From positions 192,001 through 256,000 of the forward strand of contig JBJMOW010000002.1 of the NCBI GenBank assembly GCA_045803545.1: a stretch of DNA of 64,000 nt, read 5' to 3'. Within the stretch, counting starts at the first letter, position 1, and each line of letters begins with the position of its first letter. The position numbers were made by a program, and so were the translations under genes. Positions 53,373 to 63,590 of this stretch are shown here, piece after piece. Below the pieces are notes generated by a model, which ran no database searches, was not told the DNA's origin, and saw only the letters and a list, made by a program, of their open reading frames with translations. This DNA comes from Gemmatimonadaceae bacterium (GTDB lineage: Bacteria > Gemmatimonadota > Gemmatimonadetes > Gemmatimonadales > Gemmatimonadaceae).

Positions 53373-56134
53373 ACCGCTTTCACCTTTTCTGCGAGTTGGT
53401 CGCGGCGTTTCAGCCACTCGTCTTTTTTCTTGCGCTCGGAATCAACAACGTGCGCTGGGGCGCGACTCGTGAAGCCCTCGTTCTCGAGTCGCTGCGAGAG
53501 GCTATCGAGCTGTTTGTTCAGCTGATCGAGCTCGCTCCGCAGTTTGCCGCACTCCTTCTTCAAGTCGACGATTCCACCGAGCGGAACGATCAGCTCGGTT
53601 CCGTCGGTAAGCACTGCGTGTGCGGCGCCACTGGTGGGAGACTGACTGTCGATGCTCACGTTCGATCGGGACAGTCTGGCGATCAGCGACGAGCTGTCGT
53701 TGAACACTCCGCTATGTCGGCTCGAGCGAATGTTGACGTCGATCGATGTCCCCGGCGGGATGGAATAGTCTGAGCGGATTTGTCTGACCGCGCCAACTGC
53801 TTCGCGGACGAGATCAAACTCGCCGACTGCGGTCTTGTCCTCACGCGAGAGCGGAATCGGAATCGGCCATGGCGCAATCGCCAGAAACTCGCACCGCTCG
53901 GAGACAACTGGCAGCGGCAGTCGCTGCCACAGTGTCTCGGTGATGAATGGCATGATCGGGTGCAACAGGCGCAGTGCGTAGTCGAAGGCGTGAGTGAGTA
54001 CTGCCCGCGCAGCTTCGGCATCCTCCCCGCCGCCAGCAATGCGCGTTTTGCTCGTCTCCAAATACCAATCGGCCAGCTCATTCCACACGAAGCGTCGGGC
54101 GGCTTCCGCGTATTCGCTGAGGCGCAGCCCAATGAATCGCTCGTTCGGCCGCCACTTTCCTTGTTCGGGTCGCGCCGGACCGAGTGCCGCGTCGCATTCG
54201 AGAATGGTTGCGTTGAGTTTGGCGAGGATCCAGCGATCCGGTAGAGTGAGCTCTTTGTCACTCAGCTCGTCTACGCTCCGAACTGCCTTCGACCCAACGT
54301 TGGAAAGGAGAAATCTCCCGATGTTCCAAAGTTTCGTCGCGAAGTTTCTGCCGGGCGCAAACGAGCGCTCGAGATCCTTCGGGTCGAGCATAAGATCGGC
54401 GCCCATGCCCATTCCCGCCACGACCGTGTAGCGAAGCGCGTCCGCACCGTAGGCGGCCACGACGTCGAGTGGATCGATTCCATTGCCGAGCGACTTCGAC
54501 ATCTTGACGTGATTCATGTCGCGCACGGTTCCGGTGAGGTAGACCGTGTGAAACGGAGGCGCGCCCATGAACGCGTAGCCTGCCATGATCATGCGCGCGA
54601 CCCAGAAAAACAAAATCTCCGGTGCCGTGACGAGATCGTCGGTTGGGTAAAACGCCGCGAGCGCGGCCGAGCTCTTGTCCGGCCAGCCGAGAGTAGAGAT
54701 CGGAAACAGCCAAGACGAGAACCAGGTGTCCAGAACATCTTCGTCCTGGCGCACCGGACCCCCGCACTTCTCGCATGCGGTGACATCGGTGCGGCTGACC
54801 GATTCGCATTTGCACTTGTCGCAATACCAGACCGGAATGCGGTGTCCCCACCACAGCTGTCGCGAGATGTTCCAGTCCCGAATGTTCTCCAGCCAGTTGA
54901 TGTAGACCGCTTCCCAGCGCTCGGGCAGAATGCGAATCGTTCCGTCGCGAACAGCCTGCAACGCCGGCTTAGCCAGCGGCTCCATTTTGACGAACCACTG
55001 ATCCGAAAGGCGCGGTTCGACGACAGTGTCGCACCGGTAGCAGTGACGCACCGCATGCTGGTGCGACTCGACTTTCACGAGCTGTCTCGACTTCTCGAGC
55101 GCGCGAACGATCCGTTCACGCGCCTCGAACCGATCGACGCCGAGGAGATCGCCTGGAACACGTGAAGCCGCGTCACTGGCGTTCGCCATGGTGCCGTCGG
55201 GCGCCATTATCACCGGCATCGGCAGCTTGTGGCGCTTGCCGACCTCGAAGTCGTTAGGATCGTGCGCTGGTGTGATCTTTACGACACCAGTGCCAAAAGC
55301 GGGATCGACGTACTCGTCAGCGATGATTGGAATCTCGACGTTGGCGATCGGCAGCAACACGGATTTGCCAACGAGCTTCTTGTAGCGTTCGTCGTCAGGA
55401 TGAACGGCGACGGCCACGTCGCCCAACATTGTTTCCGGTCTGGTCGTGGCGACGGTTAGGCTTTGATTTTTCTGGCCACCGACAATCGGATACGCGATGT
55501 GGTAAAGCGAGCCAGTCTCCTCGCTGTGTTCCGCCTCTTCGTCACTCAACGACGTAAGACACCGTGGGCACCAGTGAATGACGCGATGACCGCGGTAGAT
55601 GAGTCCGCGCTCGTAGAGCTGGACGAACGCCTCACGCACGCCAACCGATAGCTCGGGCGAGAACGTGTACGCTGTGCGATTCCAGTCGGCAGAGGCTCCA
55701 ATCGCGCGCAGCTGGCGCAGGATCTCGCCACCAGTCTCTTCGACAAACGCGACGGTGCGCTCAATGAACTTTTCGCGGCCGAGGTCTGCTTTGGTTTTTC
55801 CTTCCGTGGCGAGCTGCTTCTCGATGATGTTCTGAGTGGCAATGCCGGCGTGATCGGTTCCAGGCACCCACAGCGCTTCGTCGCCGACCATCCGACGCCA
55901 ACGAACGATCACGTCCTGCACAGTGTTATTGAGGCCGTGACCCATGTGCAGAACCGCGGTGACGTTCGGCGGGGGCATCACGATCACGAACGGATCGCGG
56001 TCACCTCCATTGCGATTGCTGCGATTTTCGTCAGCGGAGAAAACGCCGGCATCGATCCAGCGTTGATAGATGGCGCTCTCAGTCTGCCCGGGGTCGTACT
56101 GACTCGGCAGATCGCGCATTTCCAGAGTAGACAT
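53360..56134 (-). CDS. valS: Valine--tRNA ligase
   Basis: PPPNVT..LHMGH, DHAGIATQ, DWNISRQLWWGH and KMSKS motifs; coiled-coil C-terminus. Start is 56134 or 56119. Confidence 0.97.
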   Translation of the reverse strand: MSTLEMRDLPSQYDPGQTESAIYQRWIDAGVFSADENRSNRNGGDRDPFVIVMPPPNVTAVLHMGHGLNNTVQDVIVRWRRMVGDEALWVPGTDHAGIATQNIIEKQLATEGKTKADLGREKFIERTVAFVEETGGEILRQLRAIGASADWNRTAYTFSPELSVGVREAFVQLYERGLIYRGHRVIHWCPRCLTSLSDEEAEHSEETGSLYHIAYPIVGGQKNQSLTVATTRPETMLGDVAVAVHPDDERYKKLVGKSVLLPIANVEIPIIADEYVDPAFGTGVVKITPAHDPNDFEVGKRHKLPMPVIMAPDGTMANASDAASRVPGDLLGVDRFEARERIVRALEKSRQLVKVESHQHAVRHCYRCDTVVEPRLSDQWFVKMEPLAKPALQAVRDGTIRILPERWEAVYINWLENIRDWNISRQLWWGHRIPVWYCDKCKCESVSRTDVTACEKCGGPVRQDEDVLDTWFSSWLFPISTLGWPDKSSAALAAFYPTDDLVTAPEILFFWVARMIMAGYAFMGAPPFHTVYLTGTVRDMNHVKMSKSLGNGIDPLDVVAAYGADALRYTVVAGMGMGADLMLDPKDLERSFAPGRNFATKLWNIGRFLLSNVGSKAVRSVDELSDKELTLPDRWILAKLNATILECDAALGPARPEQGKWRPNERFIGLRLSEYAEAARRFVWNELADWYLETSKTRIAGGGEDAEAARAVLTHAFDYALRLLHPIMPFITETLWQRLPLPVVSERCEFLAIAPWPIPIPLSREDKTAVGEFDLVREAVGAVRQIRSDYSIPPGTSIDVNIRSSRHSGVFNDSSSLIARLSRSNVSIDSQSPTSGAAHAVLTDGTELIVPLGGIVDLKKECGKLRSELDQLNKQLDSLSQRLENEGFTSRAPAHVVDSERKKKDEWLKRRDQLAEKVKAVCDG

Positions 56135-56187
56135 CTCGGCGCAAGATAGTTCTCTGCCATCTCGGCGTGAAGACTCGCGCGCCTGCG

Positions 56188-56372
56188 GCAGCGTCCACAG
56201 TACCAAAGCCGGGAGCTACCACCTTAGGGAGCTTGGCAGCGCCGAGCACGGTTTGAAGTTGCGCGCAAGTCCGGCGTCCGCGCGTCCAAACATCAAAAAA
56301 TGGCTCGGCGCTAAGCTGCTCCCAAGCTGGGGGCTCCTGGCTTTAGTGTTGTAGGTGCTAGCTACTCGCTGC
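56188..56372. repeat. Long imperfect palindrome / rod-like RNA candidate upstream of valS
   Basis: Paired arms AAAGCCGGGAGC/GCTCCTGGCTTT, GGGAGC/GCTCCC and AGCGCCGAGC/GCTCGGCGCT. Confidence 0.6.
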
Positions 56373-56399
56373 GATGTCTACGCCGCGACTACGCCGAGA

Positions 56400-57275
56400 C
56401 TACTCCGAGCTCGGCCGGCGGGTGCCGTTAGTCGCTGGCGCGCTCTCCGGATCCGCGACATGATCGGCCTTCGGTACGCCGGTTGGCGCTACCGGTGAGC
56501 CATCGGTTCTGCCGCCGCGGGCACCTTTCTTCGTTGTCTTGCGACGCTCGGCGGTCTCCGGAATCTCGTCTGCTGCTGCCATGAAAGCCTTGTCCTCTTT
56601 GAGCGAGCGGTCTTCCAACACATTGCGTGGGTCCGCGTGACGGTCGATTTCAGCAGATGTGCCCTGGCGTCGACGTCCGGTGCCGACCTGCTGTCCTTCC
56701 CAGTGGGGCTCGGCGAAGGTTGGATCGCCCTCTTCGTATCGGCGTGTCCCTTCGTCAAACAACTCTTCGTCGCGGCGAATAGACAGTCGATTGACGACTG
56801 TCTCCACACCGGGCGTTCCTGTCGCGACGGCCACGGCCTGCCGCGACTCTTCGTCGGAATTCACCCAACCCGTAAGTTCGATGATGCCGTCCTCGAGCGC
56901 ACCGATGTCGATTGCGCGCTCGCTGAGGGTCGGATCGTTGCGGAACGCCTCGAGAACTCGCTCTTCGAGCTCCTCAGCACCGTCGAGTGAGGTTGCGCCG
57001 TCGACTTCATCCTCGAAATCGGGATCGAACTCGTCCTCGTCCAATCCTTCGTAATCGAAGTCTTCTTCCTCGTCTCCTTCAGTGCCGCCGCCGCCGAATG
57101 AGTCCTTCAACCTGTCGGTCAGGCCCTTGAATCCTCCGAATCGTTCCGCCATCAGCACGCCTGCTGCGAAGCCTGCTGCGGCTCCGATTGCGATCAATAC
57201 CGCGTTGCGTGCGGAAGAATCTTCTTCTTCCTCGTAGTAAAACGGCGGGTCTTTCTGGAAACGATAGGACGACAT
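56400..57275 (-). CDS. BON domain protein with an N-terminal TM helix and acidic linker
   Basis: LEERV..AF..DP.L...I.I....G.IELTGWV...TPGV.TVVNRL. Confidence 0.85.
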   Translation of the reverse strand: MSSYRFQKDPPFYYEEEEDSSARNAVLIAIGAAAGFAAGVLMAERFGGFKGLTDRLKDSFGGGGTEGDEEEDFDYEGLDEDEFDPDFEDEVDGATSLDGAEELEERVLEAFRNDPTLSERAIDIGALEDGIIELTGWVNSDEESRQAVAVATGTPGVETVVNRLSIRRDEELFDEGTRRYEEGDPTFAEPHWEGQQVGTGRRRQGTSAEIDRHADPRNVLEDRSLKEDKAFMAAADEIPETAERRKTTKKGARGGRTDGSPVAPTGVPKADHVADPESAPATNGTRRPSSE

Positions 57276-57323
57276 GCGTATGGCCTGTGGCGAAGGATAT
57301 ATGCGAACGATACCTTAACGGGG

Positions 57324-57339
57324 AGCAAAAGAAAGGCCA
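57324..57339 (-). promoter_or_regulatory. sigma54-type -24/-12 promoter
   Basis: TGGCCT-TTCTT-TTGCT, about 48 nt before the BON gene ATG. Confidence 0.6.
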
Positions 57340-57366
57340 CCCGCCGCACTCGAAATCATAGATAAA

Positions 57367-59283
57367 ATGTTGACGCTGAGGCTACCCGACGGCGCCACCC
57401 GCGAAGTCCCCGAAGGCGCGCTGCCGCGTGACATCGTCGCATCGATCGGGCCCCGGCTGTTGCGCGACGCGGTTGCAGTAAAAGTTGACGGTGAAGTTCA
57501 GGATCTGATGACTCCGCTTCGAAAAGGCGGAGAATTCCACGTGCTCACCGAGAAAGATCCGGAGTCGCTGCCGGTCCTCCGCCATTCGGGCGCGCACATC
57601 CTGGCGACTGCGGTACGCCGGCTCAGGCCCGATGCGAAGATCGGATTCGGCCCGGCGATCGAAGACGGCTTCTACTACGACTTCGAGGTCGAGCAGCCAT
57701 TCACCCCGGATGATCTCGAGAAGTTCGAGGCGGAGATGAAGAAAGTCGCCGCAGAGAAGTTTCCATTCATGCGCGAAGAAGTGTCGCAGGCCGAGGCACG
57801 GACCCGTTTCTCGGATGATCCGCTAAAGCTCGAGCGACTCGGCGAGTTCTCCGCGGACGAAATCATCTCGACCTACACGGACGGTCCATTCATCGACCTG
57901 TGTCGCGGGCCGCATGTTCCGGACACATCATATCTCAAGAACTTCAAGTTGCTGCACACCGCCGGGGCCTACTGGCGCGGCGATGAGCGGCGCCAGATGC
58001 TGCAGCGCATCTACGCGACGGCGTTCTGGAAGAAGGAAGATCTCGAGCAGCACCTCCACCGCCTCGAGGAAGCGAAGCGGCGCGATCATCGCACGCTGGC
58101 GCACCAGCTCGATCTCTATTCAACTGATCCTCGCGTTGGGCCTGGCTTGATCCTCTGGCATCCGAAGGGATCGATCATCCGCAACGAGATCGAGGACTAC
58201 GAGCGTGGGCTGATTCTTCGCCACGGTTATGAGCTCGTCTACACACCCCACATCGTCAGCGAAAAGCTGTTTCAGATCTCCGGGCACCTCGAAAACTTCA
58301 AGGAAAACATGTTCGGGGCGATGGACGTGGAAGGCGGAGCGTATCGGCCGAAGCCGATGAATTGTCCCGGCCACATCTGCATCTATCAGTCGCACCAGCG
58401 GTCATATCGCGACCTGCCGATCCGGTACGCCGAGTTTGGCACTGTCTATCGTTACGAGCGAAGTGGGGTGCTGCATGGGATGATGCGAGTTCGCGGTTTT
58501 ACACAGGACGACGCACACATCTTCTGCACTCACGAACAGGTTCCATCGGAGATCGAGCGACTGCTCGATCTGTGCGACGAGATGCTCAAGACCTTCGGCT
58601 ATCCCTACACCATCGAGCTGTCGACGATGCCGGACAAGGCGCTCGGCAGTCCTGAGCGCTGGAAGGAGGCGGAAGAAACGCTGGCGCAAGTTCTCAAACG
58701 TCGTGGTCAGGAATTCACCTACGACATTGGCGGCGGTGCGTTCTACGGCCCGAAACTCGACTTCAAGTTGATCGACGCAATTGGTCGCAAGTGGCAAGGT
58801 CCGACCGTTCAGCTCGACTTCAATCTCCCGGAGCGGTTCGGGTTGGAATACACGGGCGCCGACAATGCGCCGCATCGGCCGACGATGCTACATCGAGTAC
58901 TGGTCGGATCGATGGAGCGGTTCGTTGGCGGATTGATCGAGCACTATGCCGGCGCGTTCCCACTGTGGCTGGCCCCGGAGCAGGTCCGGGTCATTCCGAT
59001 CGCCGACGAAGTCAAAGATTTCGCGCAGTCAGTCGTGGACCGGCTGAAGGCGCGAGGTGTGCGCGTGCACCTCGACAATCGATCGGAAACGCTCAACTAT
59101 CGCGTCCGCGATGGCGAGATGCAGAAGATTCCGTACATGGCGGTGGTCGGCAGACGCGAGGCTGACGCAGACTCCGTCGCAGTGCGTGTGCGGGGAGCGG
59201 GGAAGAAGCAGGAGATCGTGACTGTAGCCGATTTCGCGGCGCGCCTCGAGGATGAGCTCGCTGCGCGCGCGCTCAAGCCGTAG
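57367..59283 (+). CDS. thrS: Threonine--tRNA ligase
   Basis: TGS domain; RHS.AH, DLCRGPH, KPMNCPGH, RVRGFTQDDAH and FYGPKLD motifs. Confidence 0.98.
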   Translation: MLTLRLPDGATREVPEGALPRDIVASIGPRLLRDAVAVKVDGEVQDLMTPLRKGGEFHVLTEKDPESLPVLRHSGAHILATAVRRLRPDAKIGFGPAIEDGFYYDFEVEQPFTPDDLEKFEAEMKKVAAEKFPFMREEVSQAEARTRFSDDPLKLERLGEFSADEIISTYTDGPFIDLCRGPHVPDTSYLKNFKLLHTAGAYWRGDERRQMLQRIYATAFWKKEDLEQHLHRLEEAKRRDHRTLAHQLDLYSTDPRVGPGLILWHPKGSIIRNEIEDYERGLILRHGYELVYTPHIVSEKLFQISGHLENFKENMFGAMDVEGGAYRPKPMNCPGHICIYQSHQRSYRDLPIRYAEFGTVYRYERSGVLHGMMRVRGFTQDDAHIFCTHEQVPSEIERLLDLCDEMLKTFGYPYTIELSTMPDKALGSPERWKEAEETLAQVLKRRGQEFTYDIGGGAFYGPKLDFKLIDAIGRKWQGPTVQLDFNLPERFGLEYTGADNAPHRPTMLHRVLVGSMERFVGGLIEHYAGAFPLWLAPEQVRVIPIADEVKDFAQSVVDRLKARGVRVHLDNRSETLNYRVRDGEMQKIPYMAVVGRREADADSVAVRVRGAGKKQEIVTVADFAARLEDELAARALKP

Positions 59284-61032
59284 TTACTGCGCCGAGCTCG
59301 ACACCACGAGATCGGGATTTTCGCTTTTGTCTTCAGTCTGCCGCAAAACGCGATAGAGAACCTTTCCGATCTGAGTCTTTGGCAGCTCGGTTACGAATTC
59401 GTACTTCGCGGGCACCTTGTACGGCGCCAGCTTGTCGCGGGAAAAAGACTTTAGCTCGGCGGCGCTAACAGTCTGGCCGGGGCGGAGGACCACGAACGCC
59501 TTGACGACTTCGCCTCGCATCTTGTCCGGAAACCCAACGACGCCGACCTCGCACACGGCCGGGTGTGAAACGAGGACTTCCTCGATCTCTCGCGGCCAGA
59601 CCTGGTAGCCGCTGGTTTTAATCAGGTCTTTCTTGCGATCGACGATGAAGATGTAACCGTCGCTGTCGATGTAGCCGAGGTCGCCGGTGTACAACGCGCG
59701 CTCGCCGTTTTCGTCAGTGCGTAGCATCTCGCGCGTTTCGTCAGGTCGGTTCCAGTAGCCGCGCATCAATTGCGGCGCTCTGATGACAATCTCGCCGACC
59801 TCGCCGACCGCCTTTGGTGTGCGGCCGTCGTCAGAGTCGACGATTCGAACGAGCACGTCGGGCAGCGGCATTCCGATGGAGCCGATCTTCTTGGTGCCCC
59901 GCACCGGATTGGCGATCACCGCCATCTGCGCTTCGGTAAGAGAGTAGCCCTCCACGATCACGCCGCCAGTGAGCTCCTCGAAGCGTCGCTTGGTTTCCGC
60001 CAACAGGGGCGCCGCTCCCGAGAAGCAGAGTTTGATCGAGCTGAAGTCGATCTTGCCCGAGCGAGCGGTCGGATGATTCATGATTCCGTTCAATAGCGTT
60101 GGCACGGTGCAGATGAACGTCGGGCGTACCTTCTTGATTTCTTCGAGGAGATCGCGAAGATCGCGCGGATTGGGTACGAGCAGAATCGGGTTGTGATTGA
60201 TCAGCGACAGACTCTGCAAACCGGTGTTGCCGTAGGTATGGAACAGTGGCAGCGGCATCATGATAGTGTCGGTCCACTCGTGCATCGCAGAGCGCAGCCA
60301 CACCTGGAGCTGCATGCCGGCGACGACCATCCCTCGATGGGTGCCCACGACCCCTTTGGGAGTGCCCGTGGTGCCGCCGCTCATCAGGATTGCGGATGGA
60401 TCGTCGGGCTTTGTGCTGACGACGGGTACGGGCGCCCACCGGTGGCGGCGCAGCATGCTCGACAAACGCGCGTCACCGTCTCTCAGGCTGATTCTTTCTC
60501 CCTCTTTCGCTTCCTTGAGCAGTGTGTAGCCAATGCGCAGGTGAAGCGGCAGATAATCCTTGATGCCGCTGGTGATCACGCGCTTCACCGACGTCTGGGT
60601 CTGGATCGATTTGATCTTCTCGTAAAACCGGTTGAGTACGACGACGGTCGTTGCGCCGGTAGCCTGCAATGCATCCTGCGTTTCGCGTTCGGTGTATGTC
60701 GGATTGAACGGGCACGCAATAGCGCCGATCTTCCACGCGCCGAATTCCGCAACGAGAAATTGAGGACAGTTCGGCAGGCAAATTCCCACGCGATCACCGG
60801 CAGTCACGCCGATGGCGTTCAATGCTGCGGCAAACGCATCACTTTCCCGGTCAAGCTGCCGGTAGCTGATCGTCGCACCTTTGAACAACAGGGCGGGCCG
60901 GTCGGGCCACTTTGCCGAGGCCTCGCGCAAAAAATCGATCAGGGTCCGGTCCGGATAAGGCTCGAGCGACTGCGGGACGTCTTGGTCGTAGCTCGCGAGC
61001 CATCGTGTTTCCGTCATCGTATCCTCCGTCAT
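59284..61032 (-). CDS. Long-chain fatty acid--CoA ligase (FadD-like)
   Basis: SGGTTGTPKG, EGYSLTE, TGDLG, DRKKDLI and PKTQIGK motifs. Confidence 0.92.
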   Translation of the reverse strand: MTEDTMTETRWLASYDQDVPQSLEPYPDRTLIDFLREASAKWPDRPALLFKGATISYRQLDRESDAFAAALNAIGVTAGDRVGICLPNCPQFLVAEFGAWKIGAIACPFNPTYTERETQDALQATGATTVVVLNRFYEKIKSIQTQTSVKRVITSGIKDYLPLHLRIGYTLLKEAKEGERISLRDGDARLSSMLRRHRWAPVPVVSTKPDDPSAILMSGGTTGTPKGVVGTHRGMVVAGMQLQVWLRSAMHEWTDTIMMPLPLFHTYGNTGLQSLSLINHNPILLVPNPRDLRDLLEEIKKVRPTFICTVPTLLNGIMNHPTARSGKIDFSSIKLCFSGAAPLLAETKRRFEELTGGVIVEGYSLTEAQMAVIANPVRGTKKIGSIGMPLPDVLVRIVDSDDGRTPKAVGEVGEIVIRAPQLMRGYWNRPDETREMLRTDENGERALYTGDLGYIDSDGYIFIVDRKKDLIKTSGYQVWPREIEEVLVSHPAVCEVGVVGFPDKMRGEVVKAFVVLRPGQTVSAAELKSFSRDKLAPYKVPAKYEFVTELPKTQIGKVLYRVLRQTEDKSENPDLVVSSSAQ

Positions 61033-61156
61033 CGAGCTGCGTGGAGCAGAGTCAACTGAGGTTGTAAGCTTTCGACTAACGATGCGCTAGCTTCAAGGGA
61101 ATCGCAGTACGTCATGCGACGTAGCACTGCTCGTTCTAACTCCAGCCGACCGCCAA

Positions 61157-62115
61157 ATGACAGAGATAACTGGAATCCACCATATAACGTGTATCTCGGG
61201 TGCTGCTCAGGACAACGTGGATTTCTACGAGGGCGTGCTTGGAATGCGCCTCGTCAAAAGGAGCGTCAATCAGGATTCGCCTGGGACGTACCACTTGTTC
61301 TATGCGGATAACGAAGGACACCCCGGTAGCGACCTGACATTCTTCCCCTGGCCAGAGATGTCGCCCGCCAAGGCGGGAGCGGGCTTGGCGATGGAAGTGT
61401 CACTCGCTGTTCCACTCGGCAGCATCGACTACTGGGCGGATCGACTCCGCGACAACCACATCGAAGTAGGCGAGGTCGAAATAAGACGCGGAACTTCCGC
61501 GTTTTCATTCGCCGATCCTCACGGCCTGCCGCTCGCGATCCACGAGACCAGTGATGAGCGTGAATTCACGGCGTGGCCCGGTAGTCCAGTGCCGATCGAA
61601 AAGCAAATTCGTGGATTGCACACCGTGAGGCTTTGGGAAAGCGACCTCGCGCTGACGTCTGCTTTTTGACTGGCGTGCTCGGTTTCGTGAATATCGGCAG
61701 CGATGGAGGTTGGACCGGGTTCGAGGTCGGCGGCGGCGGGTCAGGACGGTATGTCGAGATTCGCGAAATTCCCGACGGTGCGCGCGGGCGATGGGGAGTG
61801 GGTGGCGTGCATCACGTCGCCTGGCGTGTCCCGGATGACGAGACGGAGCTCGTGGTGCGCGAGAAAATCGCGCGCGCGCATCGTCGTCCGACAGAGGTGA
61901 TCGACCGATTCTGGTTCAAATCCGTTTACTTCCTCGAGCCGGGTGGCGTGTTGTTCGAGATCGCCACCGACGGACCTGGCTTCGCGATTGACGAAGACCC
62001 GGCGACGCTCGGTGAACATCTCGTGTTGCCGCCCTGGCTGGAGGAGCACCGCGGCGAGATCGAAGCAGCGCTGCCTCCGATCAAGCCGCCGGTTCACTCG
62101 GCTTCGCGATCCTAG
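61157..62115 (+). pseudogene. Ring-cleaving dioxygenase (MhqO/PcpA-like, double VOC) split by a 1-nt frameshift
   Basis: N-half GIHHIT...RLVKRSVNQD.PGTYHLFY; C-half HHVAWR...DRFWF.SVYF.EPGGVLFEIATDGPGF. The frame changes at the T5 run 61663-61667. Confidence 0.85.
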
Positions 62116-62118
62116 TTC

Positions 62119-62625
62119 TTAGCGGGTGCGCGTTCCGGTCACATTGAGTACGAGTACGGAGTCGGCCGTCTTCGTCGTGTAGTGGGCAGTGGTCGGTCCG
62201 ACCAAATCGCCGTTCTGAAGACGTAGCACGCCGGCAGTTGATACCTGCACACCCTTGCGACGGACGCTTGCGTACGGCGCTGCGCTGATCACGATGCTGT
62301 CGCCGCTCGCAGATACTTGCACCGGCATTGGCTTGCGGCCGGGGAAGGTAAGCGTCCATCCCGTCTGGCTGTTCGTCGCCGTCATCACGTAACTCGTGCC
62401 GGTTGTGTCGCTGCCGCTTGTCGGTACCGCTCGCATGTTCCACGTTCCGGCGACATCAGCGAGGTTGATGTTGGCTGGCGCCGGCGCGGCGCTCGTTGTC
62501 GATGCCGTTGTCGACGCCGAACTGCTACTCGTGTCTATGGCTGCGTTGTCTTTCTTGGCGCAGGCTGCGATGAGAAATGCGGAGCAGGTGAGCGCTGAAC
62601 GCGTGATGCGGTACGACGCGAACAT
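62119..62625 (-). CDS. Hypothetical lipoprotein
   Basis: ATG after GGAGG, lipobox IAAC, Ser/Thr linker and a beta-rich domain. Confidence 0.75.
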   Translation of the reverse strand: MFASYRITRSALTCSAFLIAACAKKDNAAIDTSSSSASTTASTTSAAPAPANINLADVAGTWNMRAVPTSGSDTTGTSYVMTATNSQTGWTLTFPGRKPMPVQVSASGDSIVISAAPYASVRRKGVQVSTAGVLRLQNGDLVGPTTAHYTTKTADSVLVLNVTGTRTR

Positions 62626-62754
62626 GTAGCCTCCGTGAAGGATAGACGCGGCCGCTGCGGCCGCTCTACAGCACGGCGAACGTACGTCCATCCCGGAGAC
62701 GCTGCAAGCATCAGCGTCATTGCAGTTACATAAGCTTTTTCTTACGACGTACGA

Positions 62755-63453
62755 CTAGTTGCGAACGTCTCTCAGTGCGGCGCGCAGCTCGTTGGTAATG
62801 AGCGTCGATGAGTAGTCTATCAGCTCATTGAGCGCATTCTGGAAGTCACCAACTCTCACGCTGCCCAGTGTGCCGGCTGCAATCACGGATCCTGGAATTG
62901 GACTGGATGATTGGACATAAGGCGTGAGGCGATCGCGTCCATGAACGTTGACGTTCCAGATCTCGCGGCCAGTGCGGCGGTCGATCAGCACCGCTTCCGC
63001 GAATGTAAACAGATAGGTCGCTTCATCAGCCTTGGCGTTGATGCCGAAGCGCTCCATACGAACTTCCATCAAGTAATCCGCCTGGTTCTCGTCCGTGGTC
63101 GGACGCGTGCCGAGGTAGCGGCTGGCGCGCTGCAGAGTGCGCTGAGCGAGCACGGTTGGGATGTCGATTCTCGCCGCGGCGCTATCGAGGCGCGCTTTGG
63201 CCCGACGACCCTCGCGCTCACGCGCTATGTCCGCCGCGCCGCGGACGACTGCCTCGAGCGGATTCTGAGAGTTGCCCAGGTCGTAGTAACTGGTGAGCAA
63301 CTCAGGTGCGGGCGGAGCTATGTACACCACTGCCAGCGTTCTATTGGTGAACGGATACTCAGCGAGGTGGTGTCCGCCGCCGCACGCGACGAGTGACGAG
63401 GCGATTGCTGTAACGGCGACGACCCGCAGGCCGATCGACTTCGAAATAGTCAT
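62755..63453 (-). CDS. Hypothetical lipoprotein
   Basis: Lipobox LVAC, with a LID..TG..IW motif typical of penicillin-binding-protein-activator/CsgG-like folds. Confidence 0.7.
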   Translation of the reverse strand: MTISKSIGLRVVAVTAIASSLVACGGGHHLAEYPFTNRTLAVVYIAPPAPELLTSYYDLGNSQNPLEAVVRGAADIAREREGRRAKARLDSAAARIDIPTVLAQRTLQRASRYLGTRPTTDENQADYLMEVRMERFGINAKADEATYLFTFAEAVLIDRRTGREIWNVNVHGRDRLTPYVQSSSPIPGSVIAAGTLGSVRVGDFQNALNELIDYSSTLITNELRAALRDVRN

Positions 63454-63590
63454 CTGATTGTCCCTGACCGATGTATACGACGACGCCGATCCGCTTTTAG
63501 AGGATCGGCGTTCTTCACGGCGCCGAAACGGTGCCGTTCGGGTTTGTTATTTAGACGACAGGAACGGGATGGCGGTTACGCGTTTTTGGC

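Noticed and set aside
56213..56228. T-box riboswitch upstream of valS (AAGGTGGTAGC on the minus strand)
   Set aside because: It mismatches the UGGNACC bulge, and I found no convincing antiterminator, terminator or Stem I motifs.
61667..61669. TGA in the dioxygenase gene as a selenocysteine codon
   Set aside because: The conserved C-terminal half continues in a different frame, so this is a frameshift and not readthrough.
62675..62690. Further sigma54 motif TGGACGTACGTTCGCC before the 62625 lipoprotein
   Set aside because: Only the minimal GG-N10-GC matches, which is too likely by chance to count.
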